A stretch of 64,000 bases of DNA, taken from positions 3,188 to 67,187 of the forward strand of contig DWZS01000035.1 in assembly GCA_019117445.1 (NCBI GenBank), written 5' to 3'. The notes beneath the pieces are model-generated. The model did no database searches, was not told the origin of the DNA, and saw nothing but the letters and a program-made list of their open reading frames with translations. The position numbers and the translations under genes are program-made. Of this stretch, positions 22,117 to 31,940 are shown piece by piece. The number at the start of each line of letters is the position of its first letter. Position 1 is the stretch's first letter. Source of the stretch: Candidatus Limosilactobacillus excrementigallinarum. Its GTDB lineage: Bacteria; Bacillota; Bacilli; Lactobacillales; Lactobacillaceae.

Positions 22117-22980
22117 CTAAAACTGGTGATACTGTTTATACAACTCTTGTCGTTTAATTCCTAACCGCTTTGCTACCAGTTTAATGGCAGCATTCGTACT
22201 AAGTCCATTAGCTACTTCTTGGTCAACCTGTTCAATTGGCGTCCCCTGCGGTTGTTCCTGAGCCTGCTCAATTGGTTGATCATTACCGGCCACTAAAATC
22301 ACAAATTCACCCCGGACCGGATTCGTGTCAGTCCACTCGATAGCTTCAGCAAGTGAACCACGAATAAACTCTTCATAGCGCTTGGTTAACTCCCGAGCTA
22401 AAACCACTCGTCGATCCATGCCCAAAACCTCCGCCATCGTTTTCAAAGTTTTTTTCAGTCGGTGGGGTGCTTCGTAAAAAATCATTGTTTCACGATGCGT
22501 TTGAAGTTGTTTTAACTGGCAGACTTGTTGTTGGTGTTTACGCTCTAAAAAGCCATAAAAAGTAAATGGCTGCGGACTCAGCCCCGATGCAATTAATGCC
22601 GTGATCCCAGCGTTAGCACCCGGAAGCGGCACAACAGGGATATCCGCGTTCACACAAGCAGCCACTAATTCCTTCCCCGGATCAGAAATAGACGGCATTC
22701 CAGCATCACTACATTGGGCAATTACCTGACCCGCCTTTAATTTTTCAATTAACTGGGGGATTCGTTCTGCCGTGTTGTGTTCATGAAACGAAATCGTGGG
22801 AGTATGAATATCAAAATGATTGAGTAAGATTTGCGTATGCCGAGTATCTTCGGCAGCAATTAGGTCGACTGCCGTCAAAGTCTTAATTGCTCGCATGGTT
22901 ATATCGTCTAAATTACCAATTGGTGTTGGTACTAAATACAGTTTTCCAGCGTTTTCGCGAAAACTCGACATTGTTTGCAT
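22117..22980 (-). CDS. rsmI: 16S rRNA (cytidine1402-2'-O)-methyltransferase RsmI
   Basis: GKLYLVPTPIGNLDDIT, AEDTRHT motifs. Start set at the ATG 9 nt after AAGGAG. Confidence 0.92.
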   Translation of the reverse strand: MQTMSSFRENAGKLYLVPTPIGNLDDITMRAIKTLTAVDLIAAEDTRHTQILLNHFDIHTPTISFHEHNTAERIPQLIEKLKAGQVIAQCSDAGMPSISDPGKELVAACVNADIPVVPLPGANAGITALIASGLSPQPFTFYGFLERKHQQQVCQLKQLQTHRETMIFYEAPHRLKKTLKTMAEVLGMDRRVVLARELTKRYEEFIRGSLAEAIEWTDTNPVRGEFVILVAGNDQPIEQAQEQPQGTPIEQVDQEVANGLSTNAAIKLVAKRLGIKRQELYKQYHQF

Positions 22981-22993
22981 TATCATTTACTCC

Positions 22994-23335
22994 TTAATTA
23001 TGCCGCCCATAAATAGCATCTAAGCAAAACGTACAAGACTCATTTGGCTCAAGGCGTTTACCGTACATGTCATTACAAACATGAAACCCTTCCTGATAGA
23101 GCTTTTGCAACATTTTTCGTGACTCAGAAAGACCTTCCTCTTGTTTTTGAACATGTTTATCCGCAATCACTTCGTGTAAGTGCTCATTTTCAATCGTTAG
23201 CCGCGCATTTTCTGCTAAGACCTTAGTCATCCGGTCAGAAAGAATTTCAATGCTTTCCATTAAATCCTTGGTTTGTTGACTTAACCGGGCAAATTGCTCG
23301 TAAATTTCGCTCTTATCAACTGGTTGTTTTTCCAT
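22994..23335 (-). CDS. yabA: DNA replication initiation control protein YabA
   Basis: 113 aa with a coiled-coil N-terminus and a C-terminal Cys/His zinc motif (HVCNDMYG...CTFC). It sits in the holB-yabA-rsmI context. Confidence 0.88.
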   Translation of the reverse strand: MEKQPVDKSEIYEQFARLSQQTKDLMESIEILSDRMTKVLAENARLTIENEHLHEVIADKHVQKQEEGLSESRKMLQKLYQEGFHVCNDMYGKRLEPNESCTFCLDAIYGRHN

Positions 23336-23345
23336 GACAATTCAC

Positions 23346-24353
23346 CTACCCATGTAGCAACTTTAAGATCCGTAACGTTTGCTGTTCGGCCACGTTTTGA
23401 AAACTAATATTTTGTCCCAACATCTGGTGAGCTTCAAGAGTCACCTGACTAGCCTGAATTAACTGATGCATCGAATACCGCTGGACACCATTAACAATGA
23501 TTTCCTGCCATTGCTGAAAATACAATTGATTACTTTCTGCTGGCATTAATTTAGCAACTAGTCCATCACGCCAGATTAACGCCATTAAATCCAGCATCAG
23601 TAATTGCTTTTCTCGTTCACTAGCAAGCCCCTTCATGACTGTTTGAATATCCACGAAAGCCACGGGATCTCCTTGAACTAATTCTTTAAACCACTGCACA
23701 ACTGTATCAATCGCTTTTGCTAACCAATCATCAGCTACCCATTGAGCTGCCTGCTCTGCTGAGTCTGTTAACCCTAAAATAATTGATCGTAAGTATTCTG
23801 GAATTTTTTTACTATCCAACAACTCTTGAGTAATTGTCTTAGCAAGCGGTTGTAATTCAATAATCTGGGTTCGGGATTGAATCGTGGGCAACACTGCATT
23901 TTTATTATTCGTTAACAAAAAGATGTAAATACCCGCCTCTGGTTCCTCAATAAATTTAAGGAGACTGTTTGCAGCACTAACGGTCATTTTATCGGCATCT
24001 TCGATAATAAAAACCTTTTTCTGGCCTTCCATCCCGGATTTGGTAAACTCTGCCTTTAAATGACGAATTTGATCAACTTTAATTTGCCGTCCTTCTGCAG
24101 TTGCTCGAACCACATCAGGGTGGTTGCCTGATAAAATTCGTTGACATTCATCACACGTGAAATCTGGCTGACCTGCTTGACGATGGGAACAAAAGATACT
24201 CAGTGCTAGCCACTGAGCTAATTCCTGTTTTCCAGAACCATTGGGACCCACAAATAGATAAGCATGCGCTAATTCTCCATTACTAATAATGTGTTGAAAA
24301 CGTTCAACAATCGCTGGCTGCAAATCCTGGGCTGTTAATGATTGCATTCCCAC
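23346..24353 (-). CDS. holB: DNA polymerase III delta' subunit
   Basis: 335 aa: AHAYLFVGPNGSGK, Cys-rich zinc module, SRTQ. GTG start with GAGGAG 6 nt upstream. Confidence 0.9.
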   Translation of the reverse strand: MGMQSLTAQDLQPAIVERFQHIISNGELAHAYLFVGPNGSGKQELAQWLALSIFCSHRQAGQPDFTCDECQRILSGNHPDVVRATAEGRQIKVDQIRHLKAEFTKSGMEGQKKVFIIEDADKMTVSAANSLLKFIEEPEAGIYIFLLTNNKNAVLPTIQSRTQIIELQPLAKTITQELLDSKKIPEYLRSIILGLTDSAEQAAQWVADDWLAKAIDTVVQWFKELVQGDPVAFVDIQTVMKGLASEREKQLLMLDLMALIWRDGLVAKLMPAESNQLYFQQWQEIIVNGVQRYSMHQLIQASQVTLEAHQMLGQNISFQNVAEQQTLRILKLLHG

Positions 24354-24377
24354 GTTGTGCTCCTCTCATTGTTGCGC

Positions 24378-24698
24378 TTAAAAGTGCAACATTTTATCGA
24401 CCGGTAAAATAAATACCGTTGCACCGCCAACTTGAACGTTAACGGGTACAGAATTGGCAGCATTGTCAATATAGGCTGTTGGCGTCATATATTCTTGACG
24501 GGTCTTCGCATTCGCCTTAATAATCTCTAACGCTTCATCCACTCGCTTATCCTTGACCACAATCATAAATGTGGTGTTCCCCTCATGAAGGAAGCCACCA
24601 GAAGTGGCCAACTTAGTGACCCCAATTTTATTTTTTGCTAGTGCATCCCGAACCCGATTACTATCCTTCGGTTGCACAATCGCCATAATCATTTTCAT
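24378..24698 (-). CDS. darA: Cyclic-di-AMP receptor, PII-like (DarA/PstA/YaaQ)
   Basis: 106 aa: VTKLATSGGFLHEGNTTFMI...GGATVFILPVD. Closely resembles B. subtilis YaaQ. Confidence 0.88.
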   Translation of the reverse strand: MKMIMAIVQPKDSNRVRDALAKNKIGVTKLATSGGFLHEGNTTFMIVVKDKRVDEALEIIKANAKTRQEYMTPTAYIDNAANSVPVNVQVGGATVFILPVDKMLHF

Positions 24699-24721
24699 AA
24701 GTTCTTCCTCCTTCTCATTCC

Positions 24722-25360
24722 TTATTCAAGGTTGAAACGATTTTGAATCATTTTCTGCACCGTATTAATAACTGTTGGCAGTGGCTGACTCGCATCTACT
24801 AGTTGAATTCGCTTTTGGTGACGTTGAGCTAAAGTCAGGTAAGCATTCCGAACATCCTGGTGAAATCGTAACTTTTCCCGATCTAATCGGTTAACTTGAT
24901 TTTGCCGATGTTTACTAATTCGTTCGAGCCCTAATTCTGATGGAATATCCAGATAAATAGTCAAATCAGGGAGAAGTCCATGAATGGCAAACTGGTTTAA
25001 TTCCCAAATATCATCCGCACCAAGATGACGTCCACCACCCTGGTAAGCGACCGAACTATCAACGTATCGATCACTCAAAACAATCTTTCCCGCCTGTAAT
25101 GCGGGCTCAATATCTTCTACAATGTGTTGCCGACGGGCCGCAGCAAATAACAATGCTTCCGTCCGTGCATCCATATTTGTATTGTGATCGTCAAAAAGAA
25201 TCTGTCGAATTTGTTCTGAGATTCGGTTACCACCCGGCTCTCGCGTTAATAAGACGGCTTGTTCCCCATACTTTTGCGTCAGCCATTCTTGAATCGCGCT
25301 GATAACACTTGTTTTCCCTGCACCATCGGGCCCTTCAAATGAAATAAACCTTCCTTGCAT
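24722..25360 (-). CDS. tmk: Thymidylate kinase
   Basis: MQGRFISFEGPDGAGKT... Start refined to the ATG at 25360 (TAGGAG upstream). Confidence 0.93.
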   Translation of the reverse strand: MQGRFISFEGPDGAGKTSVISAIQEWLTQKYGEQAVLLTREPGGNRISEQIRQILFDDHNTNMDARTEALLFAAARRQHIVEDIEPALQAGKIVLSDRYVDSSVAYQGGGRHLGADDIWELNQFAIHGLLPDLTIYLDIPSELGLERISKHRQNQVNRLDREKLRFHQDVRNAYLTLAQRHQKRIQLVDASQPLPTVINTVQKMIQNRFNLE

Positions 25361-25370
25361 ATCTATTCTC

Positions 25371-25619
25371 CTAATGTTGGATGACCCCATCATTAAGGTG
25401 CCCATGTGCTTTCCTTTTCCGGGCCCACTGATAAAGGTACATGTATTTGCATTCCTGCAGTTTAGTCCGATCAGTTAATTCGCTATCAACGTGGCCTTCA
25501 TAAACGGCTTGTTCCGTTTCGCGCGCCTGATTCCAACTATCTTTGGTTGCATAAATTAATTGCATGAGTTGACGATTACCGATTTTACGCATCCGCTGCG
25601 GATCACTTTTAAAGAGCAT
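25371..25619 (-). CDS. YaaL-like protein (DUF2508)
   Basis: 82 aa, placed between recR and tmk as Bacillus yaaL is. GGAG lies 8 nt upstream of the ATG. Confidence 0.65.
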   Translation of the reverse strand: MLFKSDPQRMRKIGNRQLMQLIYATKDSWNQARETEQAVYEGHVDSELTDRTKLQECKYMYLYQWARKRKAHGHLNDGVIQH

Positions 25620-25621
25620 GT

Positions 25622-26221
25622 CTACATCTCCGTTCTTCCTTGAACCGCCTTAAATAAAGTGACTTCATCAGTGTAGTCAATATCCGCACCTGCAGACAAA
25701 CCATGGGCAAGCCGGGTGACCTTAATTCCCGCGGGCTTCAATAACTTGGCCAAGTACTGAGCAGTTGTTTCCCCATCCATTGAAGCATTGGTAGCAATAA
25801 TTACTTCCTTAACTTCTGAATGCTTTTTCAAACGCTCAATTAATGATGAAATGTTAATATCCATCGGACCAGTGCCCTCACTTGGAGAAATTGTCCCGTG
25901 TAATACGTGGTATAAGCCATGATACTCATTCATCCGCTCCATGGCCATTACATCACGCGAATTTTCTACCACCACAATGGTCGTTTGATCACGCCCTTGA
26001 TCCTTACAAATTGGGCATGGATCGTCTTCGGTAATGTTTCCACAAATAGAACAATAGTGAAGATCCTCTTTAACTGATACCAAAGCCTTAGAGAAATCTT
26101 TGACATCATCTTCATCCATGCCGATTGTGTAAAAAGCGAGGCGAGTTGCTGTTTTTTCCCCAACTCCGGGTAATTTCATGTAGCTCGCAATCAACTTAGC
26201 AATTGGTTCTGGGTACTGCAT
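25622..26221 (-). CDS. recR: Recombination protein RecR
   Basis: 199 aa: [16 protein letters not shown]4 zinc finger, Toprim. Confidence 0.96.
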   Translation of the reverse strand: MQYPEPIAKLIASYMKLPGVGEKTATRLAFYTIGMDEDDVKDFSKALVSVKEDLHYCSICGNITEDDPCPICKDQGRDQTTIVVVENSRDVMAMERMNEYHGLYHVLHGTISPSEGTGPMDINISSLIERLKKHSEVKEVIIATNASMDGETTAQYLAKLLKPAGIKVTRLAHGLSAGADIDYTDEVTLFKAVQGRTEM

Positions 26222-26222
26222 A

Positions 26223-26537
26223 CTACATCCCTAATCCCTTAGTGTACTTACCAAGTTTTTGCTGCGTTGCAGCATCCACTTTTTTGAGGCCATCATTGAC
26301 CGCTGCCACAACCAAGTCCGTTAACATTTCAACATCGTCAGGATCAACCGCTTCCGGCTTGATTTGTAAGTCAACTAACTTTTTATCACCGGTAAATTTC
26401 GCACTCACCATGTCATCTGGTGCAGTGCCAACAAATTCCTGTGCTGCTAAGTCCTTTTGCTCTGCCATCATCTGCTTTTGCATTTTTTGGGCTTGCTTCA
26501 TCATTTGTTGCATATTCATTCCGTTCATTCCACGCAT
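26223..26537 (-). CDS. ybaB: Nucleoid-associated protein YbaB/EbfC
   Basis: 104 aa: [15 protein letters not shown]... Confidence 0.93.
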   Translation of the reverse strand: MRGMNGMNMQQMMKQAQKMQKQMMAEQKDLAAQEFVGTAPDDMVSAKFTGDKKLVDLQIKPEAVDPDDVEMLTDLVVAAVNDGLKKVDAATQQKLGKYTKGLGM

Positions 26538-26573
26538 TGTTTTATTTCTCCTTTATTAATACATCTATTCAAA

Positions 26574-28286
26574 TTAATCATTCTTAATTTCCACATCACC
26601 AGTTCCAAAAAACTTTTCGGCTTGACTGGTAATTTGATCATGTTGCTTTTGCTGACTCGTCTTTACTGGATCTTTTACTTGAGTGGTCGACTGCTTTTTA
26701 AAATAGCCTCGATCTGCCAAAAAATCATGCCGGATTTGTGGCCATTTGCCACTCGGGACAAACGCAACGTGCCGTTCACTACCAGCAATCTTTTCCAGCC
26801 CTTGATTGACATCATCAGCCAAATTCCCGACTGACGCTTTTTGAAGTAAAAAACCATTATCAAACGCTACCACAACCCCATCCGGACTTGCTGCAACCGG
26901 CTTAGAAAGTTCAATCAGTGACCGATAAGCTGGATTCAGCAAATTTAAAATATCTGGCCACATGTTTTGCAAATCAACTAAATCTTGCTTAGTAGCATGA
27001 TCTAAGATTTGGTAAACCTGTTCCAGGTTAATCCGCACTGGTTGACCAGTTGGTGCCGCCTTTTTAGGCTGTACTCGAGGCTGATTAACCGGTGGGGCTT
27101 GTTTTGATAACTTTTGAACCATTTGTTGCAAAGATTGAACCTGTTGCTTAAGCTGATCAATTTCATGTTGATCAGCAGTCCCAGTTGTTGATGGTTGCTC
27201 ACTGCTAATTTGACTCAATCGAATCGTTAATACTTCCAAATAAACATCTGGATGGGTAGTAAACCGCATTTCATCTTGAACTTGGTTTAAGACATCAATC
27301 ATCTGATAGAGTTGTTGAGTATTGGCTAACTGACTAAGTTCTTGAAAGTCCGCTTCTTTTAACCCTGTTGCTGCTATTTCAATGAGCTCCGGTGACTCTT
27401 GGTACAACAACAAATCACGAATAAAGGAAATTAGGTCCTCAATAAAGCGTTGTCCATCTTTTCCTTGACCCAAAATCTGGTCCATCGTCTTCAAGGCAGC
27501 CGGGCCTTCATGGGTAGCAACCTGTTGAAAATACGTTTGCAGCAACTTTTTGGTAACACTTCCAGTCACTAGCAAAGCATCATCTAATGTTACATCATCA
27601 TCACCAAACGATAAGGCCTGATCAAGAATACTAAGTGCATCTCGCATTCCACCTTCAGCAGCATTTGCAATCACCCATAGAGCCTTTTCTTCATACTTAA
27701 ATTTCTTTTGATCCAAAATGTACTTCATTCGGTCAAAAGTATCCTGCGGTGAAATCCGATGAAAGTCAAACCGTTGCACCCGACTTAAAATTGTTAACGG
27801 AATTTTATGTGGTTCAGTGGTCGCCAAAATAAAAATAACGTTAGCTGGTGGTTCTTCTAAAGTCTTAAGTAGTGCATTGAACGCGCCCGTCGATAACATG
27901 TGGACTTCATCAATTATATAAACCTTATAATCTGCTTGAGTGGGCGCATATTTAGCTTTATCACGAATATCACGGATCTCTTCCACACCATTATTAGAAG
28001 CAGCGTCAATTTCAATGACATCGTTTAACGTTCCGGCAGTAATTGATTGACAAATCTCACATTCGTTACAAGGTTCCCCATCTTTTTGATGGTGACAGTT
28101 AATCGCTTTGGCGAAAATTTTGGCTGCCGAAGTTTTACCAGTTCCCCGGGGCCCAGCAAAGAGGTAAGCATGACTAATCTGATTGGTAATAATCGCATTT
28201 TTTAACGTCTGGGTAATGACTTGTTGACCAACAACATCAGCGAACCGCTGTGGTCGCCAAACCCGATACAATGCTTGATAGCTCAT
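26574..28286 (-). CDS. dnaX: DNA polymerase III subunits gamma/tau
   Basis: 570 aa: YRVWRPQRF, GPRGTGKTS, Cys4 module, SRVQ. Confidence 0.96.
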   Translation of the reverse strand: MSYQALYRVWRPQRFADVVGQQVITQTLKNAIITNQISHAYLFAGPRGTGKTSAAKIFAKAINCHHQKDGEPCNECEICQSITAGTLNDVIEIDAASNNGVEEIRDIRDKAKYAPTQADYKVYIIDEVHMLSTGAFNALLKTLEEPPANVIFILATTEPHKIPLTILSRVQRFDFHRISPQDTFDRMKYILDQKKFKYEEKALWVIANAAEGGMRDALSILDQALSFGDDDVTLDDALLVTGSVTKKLLQTYFQQVATHEGPAALKTMDQILGQGKDGQRFIEDLISFIRDLLLYQESPELIEIAATGLKEADFQELSQLANTQQLYQMIDVLNQVQDEMRFTTHPDVYLEVLTIRLSQISSEQPSTTGTADQHEIDQLKQQVQSLQQMVQKLSKQAPPVNQPRVQPKKAAPTGQPVRINLEQVYQILDHATKQDLVDLQNMWPDILNLLNPAYRSLIELSKPVAASPDGVVVAFDNGFLLQKASVGNLADDVNQGLEKIAGSERHVAFVPSGKWPQIRHDFLADRGYFKKQSTTQVKDPVKTSQQKQHDQITSQAEKFFGTGDVEIKND

Positions 28287-28446
28287 AAATTTCCTCCTTG
28301 ATGAACAAACTTCTGCTAAACATTATACTAGGTTTTACTCACGGGATAAAAGCGAAATCTTGACTTCATACAACAAAAATAACCTGGAGGGGGCAATGTT
28401 CCCTCCTCCCGTACAACTCTCTACTATATAGTGATATTTTGAATCT

Positions 28447-28475
28447 AAAAAAAGGGACTGGCAATTGCCAGTCCC
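28447..28475 (-). terminator. Terminator following the SRP RNA
   Basis: Minus strand reads GGGACTGGCA-AT-TGCCAGTCCC followed by TTTTTTT. Confidence 0.85.
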
Positions 28476-28495
28476 TTGAGTTAATTGCATATCAA

Positions 28496-28575
28496 CTTAG
28501 AGCACAAAACACATCAAACTTAGTGCTGCTTCCTTCCGGATCTGACACGGTTCGTAAGCGCGTCCTTGCCCTAAG
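28496..28575 (-). ncRNA. ffs: Small (4.5S-type) signal recognition particle RNA
   Basis: Minus strand GTCAGATCCGGAAGGAAGCAGC matches the conserved SRP domain IV core (E. coli GGUCAGGUCCGGAAGGAAGCAGCC). The 5' CUUAGGGCA pairs with the 3' UGCUCUAAG. It sits between tadA and dnaX as Bacillus scr does. The ends are approximate to within about 10 nt. Confidence 0.85.
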
Positions 28576-28618
28576 GCCTTACGGCAATAAATATCATACA
28601 CTATTTCTTGGGTAAAAA

Positions 28619-29128
28619 CTAGTCTTGTTCACGGTTTCTTTTTCGTTTTGCTAATTTTTTTCTTTTGCGAATTTCACGAAAAAAGTGTTTTAACATCTGA
28701 CTGCACTCATCCTGTAACAACCCTTGATGAACCGCCACTTGATGATTTAGTCGGGAATCATTCAGTAGTGTATATAAACTATTGACTGCTCCAGCCTTTG
28801 GATCCGGTGCAGCATAATATACTTGGCGCAAACGTGAATGAATGATTGCACCACTACACATAATACACGGCTCCAAAGTAACGTAAAGATCGCAGTCTTC
28901 TAATCGCCAACTATGAAGAGCATCACAAGCTTCCATAATTGCTAACATTTCAGCATGGTAAATACTCTGCTGATATTTCTCACGCATATTATGTCCCGCG
29001 CCAATAATTTGTCCATCTTTAACAATGACCGCCCCAATGGGGACTTCGCCTAACAACTCTGCCTGGTGTGCTTCATTAATGGCCGCTCGCATAAAGTCTG
29101 CCGGTTCCGTATAATTAAACATCTCCAT
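28619..29128 (-). CDS. tadA: tRNA adenosine(34) deaminase TadA
   Basis: 169 aa: HAEMLAI...PCIMCSGA deaminase zinc motifs. Confidence 0.93.
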   Translation of the reverse strand: MEMFNYTEPADFMRAAINEAHQAELLGEVPIGAVIVKDGQIIGAGHNMREKYQQSIYHAEMLAIMEACDALHSWRLEDCDLYVTLEPCIMCSGAIIHSRLRQVYYAAPDPKAGAVNSLYTLLNDSRLNHQVAVHQGLLQDECSQMLKHFFREIRKRKKLAKRKRNREQD

Positions 29129-29263
29129 ATGTCACCTCCAAACAACAATTTGTGGTCCATTTTCTTTCTATCATACCTAATTTTAAAATAAAATCGACTG
29201 TCAATTCAGTCATTCCTCTAAAATTAATTTACAAAAAAGTTGAAAAACTAAAACGCTTTGCCA

Positions 29264-29279
29264 CCACCATATATGGTGG
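29264..29279. promoter_or_regulatory. NrdR box 1
   Basis: Perfect 16-bp palindrome CCACCATATATGGTGG, of the NrdR-box type (acaCwAtATaTwGtgt). Confidence 0.7.
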
Positions 29280-29295
29280 ATTAATAAAACTAATA

Positions 29296-29311
29296 ACACA
29301 ATATCTGCTGT
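29296..29311. promoter_or_regulatory. NrdR box 2 (degenerate)
   Basis: ACACAATATCTGCTGT. Its centre lies 32 bp from the centre of box 1, which is the usual tandem NrdR spacing. Confidence 0.5.
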
Positions 29312-29318
29312 TTACACG

Positions 29319-29346
29319 TTGATTTTTTACCGAAAAAAGCTATACT
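29319..29346 (+). promoter_or_regulatory. Candidate nrdHEF promoter
   Basis: TTGATT, 16 nt, TATACT. An alternative weaker promoter is TTGCCA (29258), 17 nt, TTAATA, which would place NrdR box 1 in the spacer. Confidence 0.4.
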
Positions 29347-29396
29347 AAGAAACATCAATTACAAGATTTAGATTAATCTTCGGGAGGATGAGAGTG

Positions 29397-29618
29397 ATGG
29401 TAACTGTCTTTTCAAAAAATAATTGTGTCCAATGTAAAATGACCAAAATGTTTCTCAAACAACATAATGTTAGTTTTGTCGAACATAATATTGATGAACA
29501 ACCAGAATTTATTGAACGGCTTAAAGCTGATGGTTTTCGTGCCACACCTGTGGTTAAGCTTCCTAACGGCGATGCCTTTTCTGGATTTCGTCCTGACATG
29601 CTGAAACAACTTGCCTAA
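29397..29618 (+). CDS. nrdH: Glutaredoxin-like protein NrdH
   Basis: MVTVFSKNNCVQCKMTK... has the CVQC redox motif. The start is the ATG at 29397 or the GTG at 29394, after GGGAGG. Confidence 0.92.
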   Translation: MVTVFSKNNCVQCKMTKMFLKQHNVSFVEHNIDEQPEFIERLKADGFRATPVVKLPNGDAFSGFRPDMLKQLA

Positions 29619-29713
29619 GGGTTTCAAGCTTAACAGGCACCGGTAAATATACAGTGCCTGTTTTATTTTTGCTATTTTTAATCAACCTAAGAGATAAGAG
29701 AGTGTGTGAATTT

Positions 29714-31885
29714 ATGGCTTTATCAGACATCGACCTAACCAAAGTTAAATACTTTGATTACAACAACGAAATCAATATTCCTAAGAATGGTCAAATCCAA
29801 TTAGACAAAGATAAGTTAGCATTAGACGATTTTATTAAAAATAACGTTGAACCAAATACTAAGCACTTTGCTTCTGTTCAAGAACGACTAACGTGGCTAA
29901 TCGACCATGACTATCTGGAAGAAGGGTTCATTCGTCAATATCGTAACGAATTTATTGACAAATTGTATAACTATTTAAAATCTAAGCACTTCCATTTCCA
30001 CTCATTCATGGCAGCATACAAATTCTATGCTCAGTATGCTTTGCGGACGAATGATAAGGAATATTACTTAGAAAATTATATCGATCGAGTAGCAATGAAT
30101 GCACTTTACCTCGCTAATGGAAATGAGGACTTAGCGATGGACTTAGCGCATGAATTAATTAATCAACGTTATCAACCAGCTACCCCTACCTTCCTTAATA
30201 CGGGGCGTAAACGTCGGGGTGAATTCGTTTCCTGCTTTGAAATTCAAACCACGGATAATATGAATACCATTGGTCGAACCATTAACTCTGCCCTCCAGCT
30301 GTCCAAGATTGGTGGTGGGGTTGGTATCAACTTAACCAACCTGCGGGAAGCTGGCGCCCCAATTAAGAAGATAAAAGGTGCCGCCAGTGGTGTGGTCCCA
30401 GTTATGAAACTTTTGGAAGACGCATTCTCATATTCTAACCAACTGGGACAGCGGCAAGGCGCCGGAGTTGTGTACCTCAGCGTCTTCCACCCAGACATCG
30501 TCGAGTTTCTTGGTGCCAAAAAGGAAAATGCCGATGAAAAAATTCGAATTAAGACTCTTTCTCTAGGGGTGACTGTTCCTGATAAGTTCTATGAACTCGT
30601 TGAAAACGATGAGGATATGTACTTGTTCAGTCCTTATGATGTGGAACGGGTCTATGGCGAACCATTTGCCTACGTTGATATTACCAAAGAGTACGATAAC
30701 CTGGTCGCTAACGATGAAATAACCAAGAAGAAAATTAACGCCCGCGACCTTGAAGATGAAATCTCTAAACTACAACAAGAGTCTGGTTACCCATACATCG
30801 TTAATATTGATACCGAAAATCGTGCCAATCCGATTGACGGTAAAATCATTATGAGCAACCTTTGTTCAGAAATTGCCCAAGTGCAAAAGCCTTCTGTCGT
30901 GAATGATGATCAAACCTACCAAGAATTAGGGACGGATGTTTCATGCAACCTAGGTTCTACTAATATTGCAAATATGATGGAAACTCCCGACTTCGGTAAG
31001 TCAATTCGTGCCATTACCCGTGGTTTAACCCACATTTCTGATATTGAAAACCTGGACATTGTCCCATCAATCAAACGTGGAAATGCTCGGTCACATGCAA
31101 TTGGGCTTGGTGCGATGGGCTTGCATGGTTATCTCGCAAAACACCACATTCAATATGGTTCTCCGGTTGCCCTAGAATTTACCAGTGTCTACTTCATGTT
31201 ATTAAACTACTGGACATTGGTTGCTTCACACGAAATTGCCGTTGAACGACATGAAACTTTTGCTGATTTCGACAAAAGTGCCTATGCGGACGGTTCCTAC
31301 TTTGATAAATACATTACGAAAGATTGGGGACCACAATCAGAAGCCGTTCAGGAATTATTTAAAGGAATCTTTATTCCATCCACTGATGACTGGCAACAAC
31401 TCAAAGCTGCGATTATGAAAGACGGGATTTACAATGCTTACCGACTTGCGGTGGCGCCGAACGGTTCCACTTCCTACATTGGTGATTCGACTTCCAGTCT
31501 TCAACCGATCATCAACAAAATTGAAGAACGACAAGAAAAAATGATTGGTAAAATTTATTATCCAGCTCCGTACTTGAGTAATGACACAATGCCTTATTAT
31601 AAATCTGCTTATGATACTGACATGCGTTCAGTGATTGATACCTATGCAGCTGCTCAGCAACACGTTGACCAATCGCTTTCCATGACACTTTTTATGCGTT
31701 CCACCATCCCTGAAGGAATGTATGAATGGAAAGACGGTCGCACAGATAAGATGACCACTCGGGATTTAAACATCCTTCGTCACTATGCTTATCAAAAGGG
31801 GATCAAATCAATCTACTACATTCGGACATTTACTGACGATCAAGACGAAATTGGTGCTAACCAATGTGAGAGTTGCGTAATTTAG
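29714..31885 (+). CDS. nrdE: Class Ib ribonucleotide reductase alpha subunit
   Basis: Start refined to the ATG at 29714 (MALSDIDLTKVKYFDYNNE...). NLCSEI active-site region and C-terminal CESCVI. Confidence 0.96.
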   Translation: MALSDIDLTKVKYFDYNNEINIPKNGQIQLDKDKLALDDFIKNNVEPNTKHFASVQERLTWLIDHDYLEEGFIRQYRNEFIDKLYNYLKSKHFHFHSFMAAYKFYAQYALRTNDKEYYLENYIDRVAMNALYLANGNEDLAMDLAHELINQRYQPATPTFLNTGRKRRGEFVSCFEIQTTDNMNTIGRTINSALQLSKIGGGVGINLTNLREAGAPIKKIKGAASGVVPVMKLLEDAFSYSNQLGQRQGAGVVYLSVFHPDIVEFLGAKKENADEKIRIKTLSLGVTVPDKFYELVENDEDMYLFSPYDVERVYGEPFAYVDITKEYDNLVANDEITKKKINARDLEDEISKLQQESGYPYIVNIDTENRANPIDGKIIMSNLCSEIAQVQKPSVVNDDQTYQELGTDVSCNLGSTNIANMMETPDFGKSIRAITRGLTHISDIENLDIVPSIKRGNARSHAIGLGAMGLHGYLAKHHIQYGSPVALEFTSVYFMLLNYWTLVASHEIAVERHETFADFDKSAYADGSYFDKYITKDWGPQSEAVQELFKGIFIPSTDDWQQLKAAIMKDGIYNAYRLAVAPNGSTSYIGDSTSSLQPIINKIEERQEKMIGKIYYPAPYLSNDTMPYYKSAYDTDMRSVIDTYAAAQQHVDQSLSMTLFMRSTIPEGMYEWKDGRTDKMTTRDLNILRHYAYQKGIKSIYYIRTFTDDQDEIGANQCESCVI

Positions 31886-31940
31886 TCAACACGATATAAT
31901 TACTAAGGATTTAATCGTTTTATTAATAAGGAGATAACGA

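Noticed and set aside
26203-26834. Plus-strand ORFs of 118 and 125 aa opposite ybaB/dnaX.
   Set aside because: They are shadow ORFs of well-supported minus-strand genes, and their translations are low-complexity.
26574-28286. Programmed -1 frameshift site in dnaX (E. coli-type A AAA AAG).
   Set aside because: The only similar run (UUU AAA AAG, near 26690) is not a proper X XXY YYZ heptamer. It lies about 45 codons from the C-terminus, so it could not generate a gamma-like product.
28385-28412. Second hairpin GGAGGG-N9-CCCTCC between the SRP RNA terminator and dnaX.
   Set aside because: It is probably a weak back-up terminator or a 5' UTR structure. The U-tract is separated from the stem by 6 nt, and there is no room for a separate gene. 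It was noted but not called.
29345-29627. Two minus-strand ORFs (84 and 71 aa) opposite nrdH.
   Set aside because: They are antisense to a clearly recognisable nrdH (CVQC motif), have no RBS and belong to no recognisable family.
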